This document shows, in pieces, positions 30,330-40,820 of a stretch of 64,000 nucleotides of DNA. Positions within the stretch are counted from its first letter, which is position 1, and the number at the start of each line of letters is the position of its first letter. The DNA comes from Acidobacteriota bacterium (GTDB taxonomy: Bacteria > Acidobacteriota > CAIWXX01). Under the pieces are notes generated by a model. It saw nothing but the letters and a program-made list of their open reading frames with translations. It did no database searches and had not been told where the DNA came from. A program made the translations under genes and the position numbers. The stretch is taken from assembly GCA_040755995.1 (NCBI GenBank), contig JBFMAF010000026.1:44889-108888 (forward strand), in the 5' to 3' direction.

Positions 30330-32287
30330 GCCGGAAGCGTTGTCTGCGGGCACACGCCGGCGGCCTTGCGGGCGTGTGTGTAGCGGTCGGCAGGACGGCC
30401 GTGGCGATCGCCTGTGCGATGCCTTGCCGGCCTGCACGCAGCCAGGAGCCCGTGTCGGAGGCGAGGACCCGTGTTGCCTCGTATCGCATCGAAGCGAGCC
30501 TCGATGCCCACACTAAGCGCCTCACGGGCACAACCGTGCTCGACTGGACCAACACCTCGGTTCGGCCGGTCGACCAGCTGATGTTGCACCTCTACATGAA
30601 CGCCTTCAGCAGCTTTGACTCGACCTTCATGCGCGAGAGTCACAGCGTTTCCGAGGGCTTCACCGAATGGGGCTGGACACGACTGAAGTCGGTGCGGCTG
30701 GATGCGGAGGAGATTCCCTGGAAGTTCCTGGCTCCCGATGACGGCAACACCAAGGACCAGACAGTCGCAGCGCTGTCGCTACCGCGGCCCGTGCCGCCGG
30801 GAGACAGTGTCGGTCTGCGAATGGAGTTCGAGACGAAACTGCCGCGGTGCATCTCTCGAACCGGGTACGTGGGCGACTTCATGATGATCGCACAGTGGTA
30901 TCCCAAGATCGGGGTGCTGCTGGCGGACGGCTCGTGGGCATGCCGCCAGTTCCATCGCGATAGCGAGTTCTTCGCCGACTTCGGCGACTACGATGTGACT
31001 CTGAAGCTGCCGGTCGGCTACACCGTCGTCGGCTCAGGAGTTCAGGTGCAGAAGAGCGCACACGATACTACACAAGTAGTAAGATTCAAGGCCGCCCGGG
31101 TCACCGACGTGGCTCTGGCAGCGCAGCCGGGTGCGCAGGTGCGCAGGAGCCTGTGGCGCAGCCCGAGCGGGAAGCCGCTCAGGCTGAATCTCCTCGTCCA
31201 GCCCGACCACCTGCGATACGCGGACCGGCACAGGGCGGCGATGGAAACGGCGCTGAGTCTTCTGGAGGACTGGTGTGGGCCGTTTCCGTTGGAGGAGCTC
31301 ACGCTGGTGGACCCGCCGTGGAATGGAATGGAAGCCGGCGGCATGGAGTATCCGGGGATGTTCGCGACCATGACGCCGTTGATCGAGCCGGGGGATTGTT
31401 TCTCGACGATCGAGGACACCACGATACACGAGACGGTGCATCAGTACGTTCCGCTGCTGGTTGCAACCAACGAGGCCGATGAGCCGTGGCTGGACGAGGG
31501 CCTGGCGAGCTACCTGACCGGGAGGTTTCTGGACGAGGCGTATGGGGCCAGCCGCTATGACCTGAAGCTGGCGCGCCTGCCCTTGAGCTGGTTCGTACCT
31601 GTGCCGAAGTTGTACAGCTGGCAGGCGGCGAAGCTGTCCTGGCTTGCGGATCCCGAAGGGGATTCGGCTACACGAAGGAGCTGGGAGTACACCAGCGAGG
31701 ACAGCTACTACACGCAGGTCTACTCCAGGTCCCACCTCGTGCTCCAGGGTCTCGAGAACAACATCGGGACTGCTCGAATGAAGTCGATCTTCCGCCGTTT
31801 CTGTAGTCGATTCGCCCACGCTCACGCTACTGCGGCGGATTTCTACGCGGTAGTGGAGGAGGTGGCGGGGCCGCGCGCGAGGGAATACCTGGCCAGTTTC
31901 CTGGAGAGCTCAGCGGCGCCGGACTATGCCGTGAGGTCGCTCGACGCGATTGACTTGGGGGATTCCAATGCGGCGGACGCTGGCAGCGCGGGACGGACGG
32001 GCGGCCGCGTGGTCGTTGAGCGGCGATCACCCAACGCCTACCCTGTGGACGTGTGCGTGCGATTCGAAGACGGGAGGTTGGACCGATTCTCATGGAACGC
32101 TGAACACCCCTCTGCGGAGTTCCAGTACTGGCGACCGGTAGCCGACGCGGAGGTAGATCCTGATGCCCGGGTCCTGCTCGACACCAACGGGATCAACGAC
32201 TCGAAGATGAACCGGCCTGATACACGGGTGGCGTGGAAGTGGAGCGGGCTTCTGGCGGGGTTGGTACAGCTCCTCATCGCTTTCTGA
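30326..32287 (+). CDS. M1 family metalloaminopeptidase
   Basis: QWYPK, GGMEYP, HETVHQY...NE...WLDEGL. ATGA overlap with the upstream gene. Confidence 0.92.
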   Translation: MSRKRCLRAHAGGLAGVCVAVGRTAVAIACAMPCRPARSQEPVSEARTRVASYRIEASLDAHTKRLTGTTVLDWTNTSVRPVDQLMLHLYMNAFSSFDSTFMRESHSVSEGFTEWGWTRLKSVRLDAEEIPWKFLAPDDGNTKDQTVAALSLPRPVPPGDSVGLRMEFETKLPRCISRTGYVGDFMMIAQWYPKIGVLLADGSWACRQFHRDSEFFADFGDYDVTLKLPVGYTVVGSGVQVQKSAHDTTQVVRFKAARVTDVALAAQPGAQVRRSLWRSPSGKPLRLNLLVQPDHLRYADRHRAAMETALSLLEDWCGPFPLEELTLVDPPWNGMEAGGMEYPGMFATMTPLIEPGDCFSTIEDTTIHETVHQYVPLLVATNEADEPWLDEGLASYLTGRFLDEAYGASRYDLKLARLPLSWFVPVPKLYSWQAAKLSWLADPEGDSATRRSWEYTSEDSYYTQVYSRSHLVLQGLENNIGTARMKSIFRRFCSRFAHAHATAADFYAVVEEVAGPRAREYLASFLESSAAPDYAVRSLDAIDLGDSNAADAGSAGRTGGRVVVERRSPNAYPVDVCVRFEDGRLDRFSWNAEHPSAEFQYWRPVADAEVDPDARVLLDTNGINDSKMNRPDTRVAWKWSGLLAGLVQLLIAF

Positions 32288-32292
32288 GACCG

Positions 32293-33252
32293 ATGACTCG
32301 ACTCTATCGGCAGGCTATCACCGACCTGAGCCGTTGCCGAGGGCTTGTTCTGACGTTCTACATGCTCGGTCTCGTCCCGGCAGTGCTGCTGGTTCTGCCG
32401 TTTCTTACCAAGATCACAGAGGTTCTCGGGCCGAGCCTCGCATCTGCGCGGCTTCTCCACCAGGCCGACCCGTTGCTCATCTACGACCTGCTCCAACAGC
32501 ACGCCGATTTCATGTCACTCTTCCAGTGGCAGCTTTGCGTCGTGGTTGCAACGGGCTGCTTCCTGAGGCTGGTGCTCACCGGGGGAGTCCTCGATCACCT
32601 CGCCTCCCCTGGACCGCTGGACCTTGGCCGGCTCTTCGCATCATCGCTCCGCGTGCTCCCAGGGATGCTCTGGCTGGGAGTGTTCGAGTTGGCGGCGCTC
32701 GGCGGAATCGCACTCCTCCTCGATCTGCACATCTCCATCACCGCTATACAGGATGCGCCCACCGAGTGGCCCGCGTTCTGGTTGGGACTGACCAAGGTCG
32801 CGATGTTGGGGGCTGCGCTGGCGGCAGTCCTTCAGATCTTCAAGTACTCGCGAATCCTGCTCTTCCGCTCAGGGGGCGCAGGCGCCCACGCGGCGATCGT
32901 CGCGCTGGCGGACGGTGCGAGGTTCTTCTTCCGCAATCCCGGCGGTGCCATCGGGATTTCGCTTTACGCGCTCGGCCTGGTCGCCCTGGCCGTCATCATG
33001 AGGGCCACACTGACCTATGCCGCGGTTCAGCTCGATCTGCTCCCAGTGGCAGTGGGAGTCCTGAGCACGCAGGTGCTGGTCTTCTTTCATCAGTACATCC
33101 GGTTCCTGAACCTGGCGGCCTCGATGCAGTTCGCGGCGTCAGCCGCCGGCTCGGTTGAGACGCCCGAAAAGACGACGACTGCCGAGGGGGTGGACGCCGT
33201 GCTCGATGCACCCGGGAGTGGCGAGATCTCGGAGGAGGTGGGTGAGGTATGA
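32293..33252 (+). CDS. Hypothetical multi-pass membrane protein
   Basis: About six TM segments, in an operon with the M1 peptidase. Confidence 0.75.
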   Translation: MTRLYRQAITDLSRCRGLVLTFYMLGLVPAVLLVLPFLTKITEVLGPSLASARLLHQADPLLIYDLLQQHADFMSLFQWQLCVVVATGCFLRLVLTGGVLDHLASPGPLDLGRLFASSLRVLPGMLWLGVFELAALGGIALLLDLHISITAIQDAPTEWPAFWLGLTKVAMLGAALAAVLQIFKYSRILLFRSGGAGAHAAIVALADGARFFFRNPGGAIGISLYALGLVALAVIMRATLTYAAVQLDLLPVAVGVLSTQVLVFFHQYIRFLNLAASMQFAASAAGSVETPEKTTTAEGVDAVLDAPGSGEISEEVGEV

Positions 33253-33866
33253 ACTACGTCAAGAGACTGCTGCCCGAGAACGAGCAGATCCTGTTTCTGA
33301 CTCGAAGGCATGGGTTCGTCCTGTTGAAGAGGAGCTTCAAGGAGTCGTTGATCCTCGCTGCGCTCGTCGTCGGCCTGCTCGCGATCCGGAGGCTGCCTGA
33401 TCCGACATACGGGATGATAGCGATAGCCGTCGTCGCCGCGGTTGTGCTTCTGTCGATTCTCTTCGACGTCCTGCGGTGGCAGAACGAACAGTTCATCGTG
33501 ACGAACCGGCGAGTGATCAGCTGTTCAGGGATCTTCAACAAGAACGTGCTGGATTCATCGCTCAACAAGATCAACGACGTGATCCTGCGCCAGAGCTGGC
33601 TGGGGCGCGTCTTCGGGTACGGGACGATCGAGATTCTCACGGCGAGCGAGGAGGCGACGAACGTACTGGCCACGATTGCGAATCCCCTCGGCTTCAAGCA
33701 GGCGATGTTGAACGCCAAGGCGGGGCTGGAAGATGCGGTGCCTGCGCCGGCGGCGTCACCCTCCGCTACGCAGTTGCTCGAGGAGCTGGCGCAGCTCAAG
33801 GCGCGCGGGCTCATCTCCGAGGCGGAGTATCAGGAGAAGAGGAAGGAAATCCTCAAGCGCATCTAG
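33249..33866 (+). CDS. Bacterial PH (bPH_2) domain membrane protein with SHOCT tail
   Basis: FIVTNRRVI...GIF, LGRVFGYGTIEI, LAQLKARGLISEAEYQEKRKEIL. Confidence 0.88.
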   Translation: MNYVKRLLPENEQILFLTRRHGFVLLKRSFKESLILAALVVGLLAIRRLPDPTYGMIAIAVVAAVVLLSILFDVLRWQNEQFIVTNRRVISCSGIFNKNVLDSSLNKINDVILRQSWLGRVFGYGTIEILTASEEATNVLATIANPLGFKQAMLNAKAGLEDAVPAPAASPSATQLLEELAQLKARGLISEAEYQEKRKEILKRI

Positions 33867-34143
33867 TTCCGTGAGGCTCCCGGCACGGAAATACCCCGCC
33901 GCACCAACAGGTCAGGGGCGCGGTGTTCGGCGGTCGCGATATACTCATCCTCTCGCGGCCGTATGAAGTTCCGTGACACAGTCCTCTTACGTTCTGGGGT
34001 CATATACGACGACGAGTCCCGCGACTCCGGCACCTCTCACACCGTTGACAGCCGCTTCGTTGGGCCGATATGATCGACAGGCCATACAGAGAGACGCGGT
34101 GCCCGCGGGTTGGTCTCCGTAGGGTAGGAGGGTATTTGGGCGA

Positions 34144-34896
34144 ATGGCTTGGTACACCGTACGGCAGGGTGATTCTACTTCGAGTATCGCGTTTCGACAT
34201 GGCCTGCTCCAGGAGACCGTTTGGAATCATGCCAGTAATGCTGATCTGAGAGGAAGACGGCCGGATCGCAACATCCTTCATCCCGGAGATGTGGTTTTTG
34301 TCCCGGAACGGAGGCTGAGAGACGAGTCTGGTGCCACCGAAGAGCGGCACAGGTTTCGACGGAAGGGCGTGCCCGAAAGGCTGCGCATCCGCGTGATGAA
34401 GTATGAGGATGAGGCGGGGCAGGATGGCCAAGCAGGGGACGGCCAGGGCGCACGGCCGGCCTCTGCGGGCGCACAGGGCGCCCCAAGTCAAGATGGCACG
34501 GCAGCTCAGACTACGGCTAGATCCACCCCTCGCGCCAACGCCCCATACACGTTGGAGATCGACGGCGATCTCACCAGCGGCAACCTGGACGATGAAGGCG
34601 TCGTTGAATGCAGTATCAGGCCCAGTGCACGTGCGGGGAGGTTAGTCGTCGATGGCGGTACGCCCAACGAGCTGGTCTACGAGTTTCGAATCGGGCACCT
34701 CAATCCGATAACGGAGACAAGCGGCGTCAAACAACGGCTGGCGAACTTGGGATTCGGGTGTGGAGATCTTACGGAGGAGCCAACGCCCGGGTTCGCTGCC
34801 GCCCTTAGAGCATTTCAGGAAAAGAACGGCCTGACGGTCACAGGGGAGGCCGATGAAGCGACACGGAGCCGGTTACGGGATCTGCACCAGAGCTGA
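34144..34896 (+). CDS. LysM-like + peptidoglycan-binding domain protein
   Basis: YTVRQGD...IAFRHG...NILHPGDVVFVP at the N-terminus; GVKQRLANLGF...ALRAFQEKNGLTVTG at the C-terminus. Confidence 0.85.
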   Translation: MAWYTVRQGDSTSSIAFRHGLLQETVWNHASNADLRGRRPDRNILHPGDVVFVPERRLRDESGATEERHRFRRKGVPERLRIRVMKYEDEAGQDGQAGDGQGARPASAGAQGAPSQDGTAAQTTARSTPRANAPYTLEIDGDLTSGNLDDEGVVECSIRPSARAGRLVVDGGTPNELVYEFRIGHLNPITETSGVKQRLANLGFGCGDLTEEPTPGFAAALRAFQEKNGLTVTGEADEATRSRLRDLHQS

Positions 34897-34911
34897 GGTC
34901 GGAGAGAGTAC

Positions 34912-36147
34912 ATGCCGGTAACGGTTGAGCAGGGAGCGCAGGGGCATCGCCGTACCATTACCCCTGAGAACAATGAATACTATGTCTATATCAATGAGCC
35001 GCCGGACTCCAGCGATTCATCGAGCATTGACAACGCCCGCGACATCACGGTTTCTCTGCAAGGCGCGGTGATGCAGCAGGGTGCCGTTGCCCCCGGCGGT
35101 ACCGCCACAGTTCTTCCCGGCGCGCAATGGCGGCTTGCCGCCGATCAGAGAAACGTTCCCCACGAAGTCCTCGACCCGACGTATCAGACTTCGGTCCCCG
35201 TCAGTGGGAGCCCAGTCTACGTGGCCCCGACTACTCAACAGACTGGAACTGGGACGACAGTGAGTTTCACGACGTCGGGATGCGGCCTGGACAGGTACGT
35301 TGTGACCTTCTTGCAGAACGGGGCAACTGCCGGCGAAGCTCGGATTACGGTCAGAAAGCGAGTCATCTTCCACTATGTCGAGATGAACAAGCCCGGCGGT
35401 AGGTGGAGCCTGACGCAATTCCCGAGCACGGACGACCCCGGGACGAGGCTCACCGCAGACGAGCGAAACGTGTTACAGCATGCGATCGATTTCTACCGCG
35501 ACAACTACGGCATCTTGCTGGAACACGAACAACCCGGCGGAACCCCGGTCGCGGCGGTTGCGAGACCAGCCCAAGGACCTGCCGCCCTGTCTGACACTAG
35601 CAGGCTTTTCAACTATGCACACGATCGACCGCTCACTCAGGGCATCTATGATTCGGATCTTCCGGAGCGAGAGCTCTGGATCGTAGCGGTCAACCGATTG
35701 CCGGCGCCTTCGGATCCGCCTGGAGCCGAGGCCCCGCGGGGAGTCGCAGGCCACACGATAGCTACTATCGCCTGCAACAGTGTGCCGGCCAGCGAGTATC
35801 GACACAACAGTGACTGGCTCTTCGAGATCAGGCGGGTCTTGCTGCACGAGATCGGTCATACCCTGGGCCTGGTCCCCTACGGCGGGAGAGAGTATGGGCG
35901 GGCCGTAGGCCCCAGGGTGGGCGGCATTCGCGTCGCTCAGCCATGGAACGATGGACCTCACTGCGGAAACAGCGAATGCACAATGAACTTCGCCGTTGAC
36001 TCGGCGGTCGTGCTCAGCACGGTCGGAAGATCCGCGGGCCTGCCACACAACATGACGATCCGCTTCTGCGGTGACCAGGGACCTAACCAGTGCACCCTTT
36101 TCCTCAGGGCCAGAGACCTGCGGGAAGTCCTTCGCGTGCCGGGATAG
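34912..36147 (+). CDS. Putative zinc metalloprotease
   Basis: LLHEIGHTLGL followed by HC...CTM and FC...C motifs. No signal peptide seen. Confidence 0.7.
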   Translation: MPVTVEQGAQGHRRTITPENNEYYVYINEPPDSSDSSSIDNARDITVSLQGAVMQQGAVAPGGTATVLPGAQWRLAADQRNVPHEVLDPTYQTSVPVSGSPVYVAPTTQQTGTGTTVSFTTSGCGLDRYVVTFLQNGATAGEARITVRKRVIFHYVEMNKPGGRWSLTQFPSTDDPGTRLTADERNVLQHAIDFYRDNYGILLEHEQPGGTPVAAVARPAQGPAALSDTSRLFNYAHDRPLTQGIYDSDLPERELWIVAVNRLPAPSDPPGAEAPRGVAGHTIATIACNSVPASEYRHNSDWLFEIRRVLLHEIGHTLGLVPYGGREYGRAVGPRVGGIRVAQPWNDGPHCGNSECTMNFAVDSAVVLSTVGRSAGLPHNMTIRFCGDQGPNQCTLFLRARDLREVLRVPG

Positions 36148-36193
36148 TTCTACTTCCGCCCTCAGCTTGCAGCACACCGCGTAGCCGGACTCC

Positions 36194-36720
36194 TCATCGT
36201 GGTCGTTTGCCGGCTGCTTGCCCGACTGTGTCCATCAGTTGCCGCGCCTCGGCGAGCAGCTCGCGGTACCGCGGATGCAAGAAGCGGCTCTTGTCGACGG
36301 CTTTCTGGAGTTCCTCCTGAGCGAGTTGCACTTCGCCAGTTCTGTGCGCCAGCCCGCGTTCGATCTGTGCCTGAACAAGATGGAGAGCGCCGGAGGCTGC
36401 GAGCGCGTCCCATGGTCGGCGGTTTGCCGAGATAGCCCGTGCAGCTGCCGACAGGCCATCGCTGACGTCGGAGGCGGGGCTCTGTCCGCTCCGCAGCTTC
36501 CACTCCGCCCGCAACGAGTAGGCATCCGCCACAGAGGCGTACGTGCCGGCGTCATCCTGTTTCACTTCGATCGCCCTCCGGAAATGATCCATCGCCGCTT
36601 CCAGCCTCTGCATGGGAGAGGCACGCTCTTTCATCGCCCATCTTGCCGCGACCAACTCGAGATCACCTCCGTATTGATATGACACATGATAGTTGGGGTT
36701 CAGACCGATCGCCGCAGGGC
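36194..36720 (-). pseudogene. C-terminal TPR-like remnant (resembles Ser/Thr kinase tails)
   Basis: AMDHFRRAIEVK...AARAISAN...ELQKAVDKSRFL. No convincing start or RBS. Confidence 0.5.
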
Positions 36721-36780
36721 TGAGCACGCGCTCGATCACTCGATCGTCCGCTCCGGCCGGCAAGAGCGCAGAGGTGAGGG

Positions 36781-36789
36781 TGGTATAAT
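36781..36789 (+). promoter_or_regulatory. Extended -10 promoter element
   Basis: TGGTATAAT upstream of GGAGG and the TTG start at 36811. Confidence 0.5.
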
Positions 36790-36810
36790 GGGTGGTTTGG
36801 AGGAGGGAAC

Positions 36811-38835
36811 TTGAAGCCAGTGATCGAGGGGAGCGTCAGTTCGCGCCTCCTTGATGTCGTTGGCAAGGCCAGGCATGCGGTCATAGGGCGCCCGAAGGAC
36901 CCGAGTGACCCGCAGGTGTTTCACCAGATCTCGCTGCTGGCTTTCTTCGCCTGGGTCGGTCTCGGGTCGGACGGTCTGTCGTCGAGCTGCTACGGGCCGG
37001 AGGAAACAGTCCGCGCCCTGGGGGGCCACTCCGAGCTCGGCATCATCGTCGCGCTGGCCTCCGCGCTCACGATCTTCATCATCAGCTCGAGCTACCATCA
37101 GATCATCGAGCTCTTCCCGACCGGCGGAGGCGGCTACGTGGTGGCAAGCAAGCTCCTTTCGCCGGAGATCGGGATGATCTCCGGATGCGCCCTTATCGTC
37201 GACTACGTGCTGACAATCAGCATCTCCGTATCGAGTGGCGCTGACGCGCTGTTCAGCTTTCTACCGCACGGCTGGCTCTCATACAAGGTCGCTGCCATCG
37301 TCGCCGGTGTCCTCGTTCTGATCGTGATGAATCTCCGCGGGGTGAAGGAGTCGGTCGTTCCCCTGGTTCCGATCTTCCTGATCTTCATCGTGACGCACCT
37401 GTTCGCCGTTCTGTACACCTTCGCTTCCCACGGTCGGGACCTTCAACGGGTCGTCGGCGAGACGACGGCCGGCTTCCAATCCTCGATCTCGCAGCTCGGG
37501 CTCCTGGGCTCCATCGTCCTGATCATGAAGGCGTACAGCATGGGCGCCGGCACGTTCACCGGCATCGAGGCGGTCAGCAACGGGCTGCCGATCCTGAGAG
37601 AGCCGCGAGTGCGAACGGCGCGGCGGACGATGTGGTACATGAGCATCTCCCTGGCGGCGATGGTCATAGGCCTGATCGTCGGCTACATACTGTGGGGGGT
37701 CCACCCGACGCCGGATATGAGCAAGACGCTGAACGCCCTCTTTCTGGAGCGCATGGTCGCCTCATGGTCCTGGGGGTGGGGCCGTGTGTTCCTCACGGTG
37801 ACGCTCGTCTCCGAGGCGCTCCTGCTGTTCATCGCCGCGCAGACGGGCTTCCTCGACGGGCCCCGCGTGCTCGCCAACATGGCCCTGGACCGATGGATCC
37901 CAACCAAGTTCTCCATGCTCAGCAACAGGCTCGTGACCCAGAACGGAATCCTCCTGATGGGCGCTGCGGCTCTCGTCACCGTGTACGCATCCCACGGCTC
38001 GGTTCGTCTGCTGGTCGTCCTCTACGCCATCAACGTATTCATCACCTTCGCGCTCTCGCAGCTCGGCATGGTACGGCACTGGTGGCAGTCGCGTGCATCG
38101 GCCGATAGCTGGCGCAGAAAGCTCGCAATCAACGGCATCGGCCTCGTGCTGACCCTGTTCATCCTCATCTCGGTCGTGATTCTCAAGTTCGAGGAAGGCG
38201 GCTGGATCACGATCTTCGTGACGGGCAGCCTCGCCTTCGTCTTCGTTCTTATCCGGCGCCACTACCGGGCAGCCCAGAGACAACTCGAGAAGCTGAACGA
38301 TCTGATGCAACTGGTCACCGACGAGAAGGCCCCGATAAGCCCGAGGACCGACCGGACGGGCTTGCCCGCCTACGATCCCGCGGGCAAGACCGCCGTCGTG
38401 CTCGTAAACGGATACAACGGCATCGGGCTCCATACGCTCCTCAACATCTTCAAGCTCTTTCCGGAGACTTTCAAGAACTTCGTCTTTGTCTGCGTGGGCA
38501 TGATCGACGCGGGCAACTTCAAGGGCGCTGGGGAGGTCGAGAAGCTCTCAGCGCACGTGAAGGGAGAAACCCACCTCTACGTGGAGTACATGACTCAACT
38601 GGGGTACCACGCGGAGGGGTACACCGCCGTAGGGAACGACGTGGTCAAGGAGGTCATGGACCTGACGCCGAGGATCTTCGAAATGTTCCCCAACTGCATA
38701 GTGTTTGGAGGCCAGATCGTCTTCAAGGAAGAGACCTTCATAACACGCCTGCTCCACAACTACCTGACCTTCGCCCTGCAGCGGGGCTTCTACCACGAGG
38801 GCACGCCGTTTGTCATCGTGCCCATACGCGTCTAG
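36811..38835 (+). CDS. APC family permease (KimA-like K+/amino-acid transporter)
   Basis: DGLSSSCYGPEE, GGGGY, NLRGVKES, TGIEAVSNG, about 12 TM segments and a cytosolic C-terminal domain. Confidence 0.9.
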   Translation: MKPVIEGSVSSRLLDVVGKARHAVIGRPKDPSDPQVFHQISLLAFFAWVGLGSDGLSSSCYGPEETVRALGGHSELGIIVALASALTIFIISSSYHQIIELFPTGGGGYVVASKLLSPEIGMISGCALIVDYVLTISISVSSGADALFSFLPHGWLSYKVAAIVAGVLVLIVMNLRGVKESVVPLVPIFLIFIVTHLFAVLYTFASHGRDLQRVVGETTAGFQSSISQLGLLGSIVLIMKAYSMGAGTFTGIEAVSNGLPILREPRVRTARRTMWYMSISLAAMVIGLIVGYILWGVHPTPDMSKTLNALFLERMVASWSWGWGRVFLTVTLVSEALLLFIAAQTGFLDGPRVLANMALDRWIPTKFSMLSNRLVTQNGILLMGAAALVTVYASHGSVRLLVVLYAINVFITFALSQLGMVRHWWQSRASADSWRRKLAINGIGLVLTLFILISVVILKFEEGGWITIFVTGSLAFVFVLIRRHYRAAQRQLEKLNDLMQLVTDEKAPISPRTDRTGLPAYDPAGKTAVVLVNGYNGIGLHTLLNIFKLFPETFKNFVFVCVGMIDAGNFKGAGEVEKLSAHVKGETHLYVEYMTQLGYHAEGYTAVGNDVVKEVMDLTPRIFEMFPNCIVFGGQIVFKEETFITRLLHNYLTFALQRGFYHEGTPFVIVPIRV

Positions 38836-38861
38836 GGCTGCTGCGTCCGCGCCGCGCGGAC

Positions 38862-39653
38862 CTAGGTGGAGTGCTGTCGGCCCGCGGTCCCGGGCGCGCC
38901 TTCAGCAAGGCGCACCTCCTTGAACAGCCGGGCCAGCGCAAACGGATCTATCGCCTCCACACGTTTGTCGAGCCCGATCCAGGCGTAGCTATCGAGCGAA
39001 TCCCTGCCGAGGAGATGTCGCAGGCTGTTGCTGAGCCTCTTGCGGCGCTGCGAAAACAGCTGCTTCAAGAACACGCCAAACTCGGCCGGTTCGCTTAGCA
39101 GCGGCGCCGCCCTCATGCGGAAGCCGACTAGCGCGCTGTCGACCTGCGGGCGCGGCCTGAAATGACTCCTGTGGACATCGAACAGGCGCTCGGCTGTGGC
39201 GAAGGCCGCGACCATGACCGCGAGCGATGAGTAGTCGCGCGAACCGGCGCCGGCGCAGATGCGCTCCGCGACCTCCGCCTGCACCAGCAACACGATGCCG
39301 CTCCACCGATGCCAGTTCACGAGCAGGCGGTGAATGAGAGGGGCGGTTATCTGATATGGGATGTTGCCTATGACGAAGATCGGATCGCGCCCGAGTGCAT
39401 CGAAGTCGAAGTGCAAAACGTCCTCGTTGAAGATCGTCAGCCGATCGCAGCCGAGCTCGTCTCGAAGGCGCGCTGAGAGCTCGGGGTCGATCTCGACCGC
39501 GTTCACGGTCGCTCCACACTCCAGCAGCTCGCGCGTGAGCGCGCCTCGCCCCGGGCCGATCTCCAGAACGTGTCTCTCCTCTCCGATCTGCTCCGCAATC
39601 CTCCGAGCGTACTTGCGCGAGATCAGAAAGTTCTGTCCCCACCGCGTGCCCAT
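38862..39653 (-). CDS. rsmA: 16S rRNA dimethyladenosine transferase
   Basis: GQNFL, LEIGPGRGALT, EID, GNIPYQIT, FRPRPQVDS. Confidence 0.95.
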   Translation of the reverse strand: MGTRWGQNFLISRKYARRIAEQIGEERHVLEIGPGRGALTRELLECGATVNAVEIDPELSARLRDELGCDRLTIFNEDVLHFDFDALGRDPIFVIGNIPYQITAPLIHRLLVNWHRWSGIVLLVQAEVAERICAGAGSRDYSSLAVMVAAFATAERLFDVHRSHFRPRPQVDSALVGFRMRAAPLLSEPAEFGVFLKQLFSQRRKRLSNSLRHLLGRDSLDSYAWIGLDKRVEAIDPFALARLFKEVRLAEGAPGTAGRQHST

Positions 39654-39817
39654 CGCCGTTTCCTATCTCGGTTCACCGGCCATGGTGAACACGAGCGGCT
39701 TCCGTCGGACTCGGACCTCTCCCGTCTTCGTGTCACTGCGCCTCCGCGTCGGGTGCGGCGCGCCCTCCCGCGCCTCCCAACTATGGCAGCCGGATTGTCT
39801 CAGTCTGGAGCCCGAGC

Positions 39818-40666
39818 TCAATCGGGCCAGTTGCCGTCGAACACGATGTCGGCATGGCCGGTGACGAACAGCGGTTCTCCTTCTGGCCACTCCACCATCA
39901 TGTCTCCGCCTGCCGTGTGCACCGTCACGCTTCGATTGGTGAGACCCTGGACGATGGCGGCTGTGGCCGCGGCGCTGCCGCCGGTGCCGGACGAAAGGGT
40001 TTCCCCCGCGCCTCGCTCCCAGAACATCACCGTCAGCTCGTCCCGGTTCATCACCTGGACGAAGTCGACGTTGGCCTTGTTGGGGAAGAGGGGGTGGTTC
40101 TCAATGACGGGCCCGAGGTCGCGCAGCGGGACGTCGGCGAGTGTCTCGAAAAACAGCACGCAGTGTGGGTTGCCCATGGATAGGGCCGTCACAGGCAACG
40201 TGGCGTCGCCGATGGGCAACGGGAAGTTGACTACCTTCTCCATGCCGGCGGGGGCGGTGAAAGGGATGCTTGCGGGAGCGAGCACGGGGGTTCCCATGTC
40301 GGCCACGAACGTGAATTTCCTATCCTTGTGGTCGATGAGCTCGAGCTGGCACCAGCCCGCCTGGGTGGTTATCTCCACCTTCGGCGACTTCACCAGGCCC
40401 TTGTGGAACAGGTAGGCGCCTGCGCACCGCAAGCCGTTGCCGGAGGTCTCAGCTTCCGTTCCGTCGCTGTTGAAGATTCTCAGGAAGTATGCCCCTCGCT
40501 TCGTTACGTGAGGAAAAACAAGCAGCATCCCGTCTGCTCCGACGCCGTAATGCCGGTTGCATATCTTGAGCGATATGTCTGAGAAGGAGGAAGTCTCGGC
40601 CGGTACGTCCTTCTCCTCCACGATCACGAAGTCGTTGCCGAGTCCTTGAGCTTTTGTGAACTTCAT
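39818..40666 (-). CDS. dapF: Diaminopimelate epimerase
   Basis: KFTKAQGLGNDF, FNSDG..AETSGNG, SMGNPH, WERGAGETLSSGTG. Confidence 0.92.
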   Translation of the reverse strand: MKFTKAQGLGNDFVIVEEKDVPAETSSFSDISLKICNRHYGVGADGMLLVFPHVTKRGAYFLRIFNSDGTEAETSGNGLRCAGAYLFHKGLVKSPKVEITTQAGWCQLELIDHKDRKFTFVADMGTPVLAPASIPFTAPAGMEKVVNFPLPIGDATLPVTALSMGNPHCVLFFETLADVPLRDLGPVIENHPLFPNKANVDFVQVMNRDELTVMFWERGAGETLSSGTGGSAAATAAIVQGLTNRSVTVHTAGGDMMVEWPEGEPLFVTGHADIVFDGNWPD

Positions 40667-40702
40667 TGCCGTCGATTATACTACAAGTCTACGCCCGAGA
40701 TG

Positions 40703-40820
40703 AATCCCCATTCCCCTTTTTTTCGCTCTTGTCCCTTTCCTCTTTCCCCTATTCACCACGCAACATCAGCATGACAGTTGCTCCTTCTCCCTTTTCCCTT
40801 GTCCCTTTCCCATTTTTCTC
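40703..40820. repeat. Pyrimidine-rich degenerate heptamer tract
   Basis: TTTCCC/TTGTCCC-type units between the M20 gene stop and the dapF promoter region. Confidence 0.6.
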
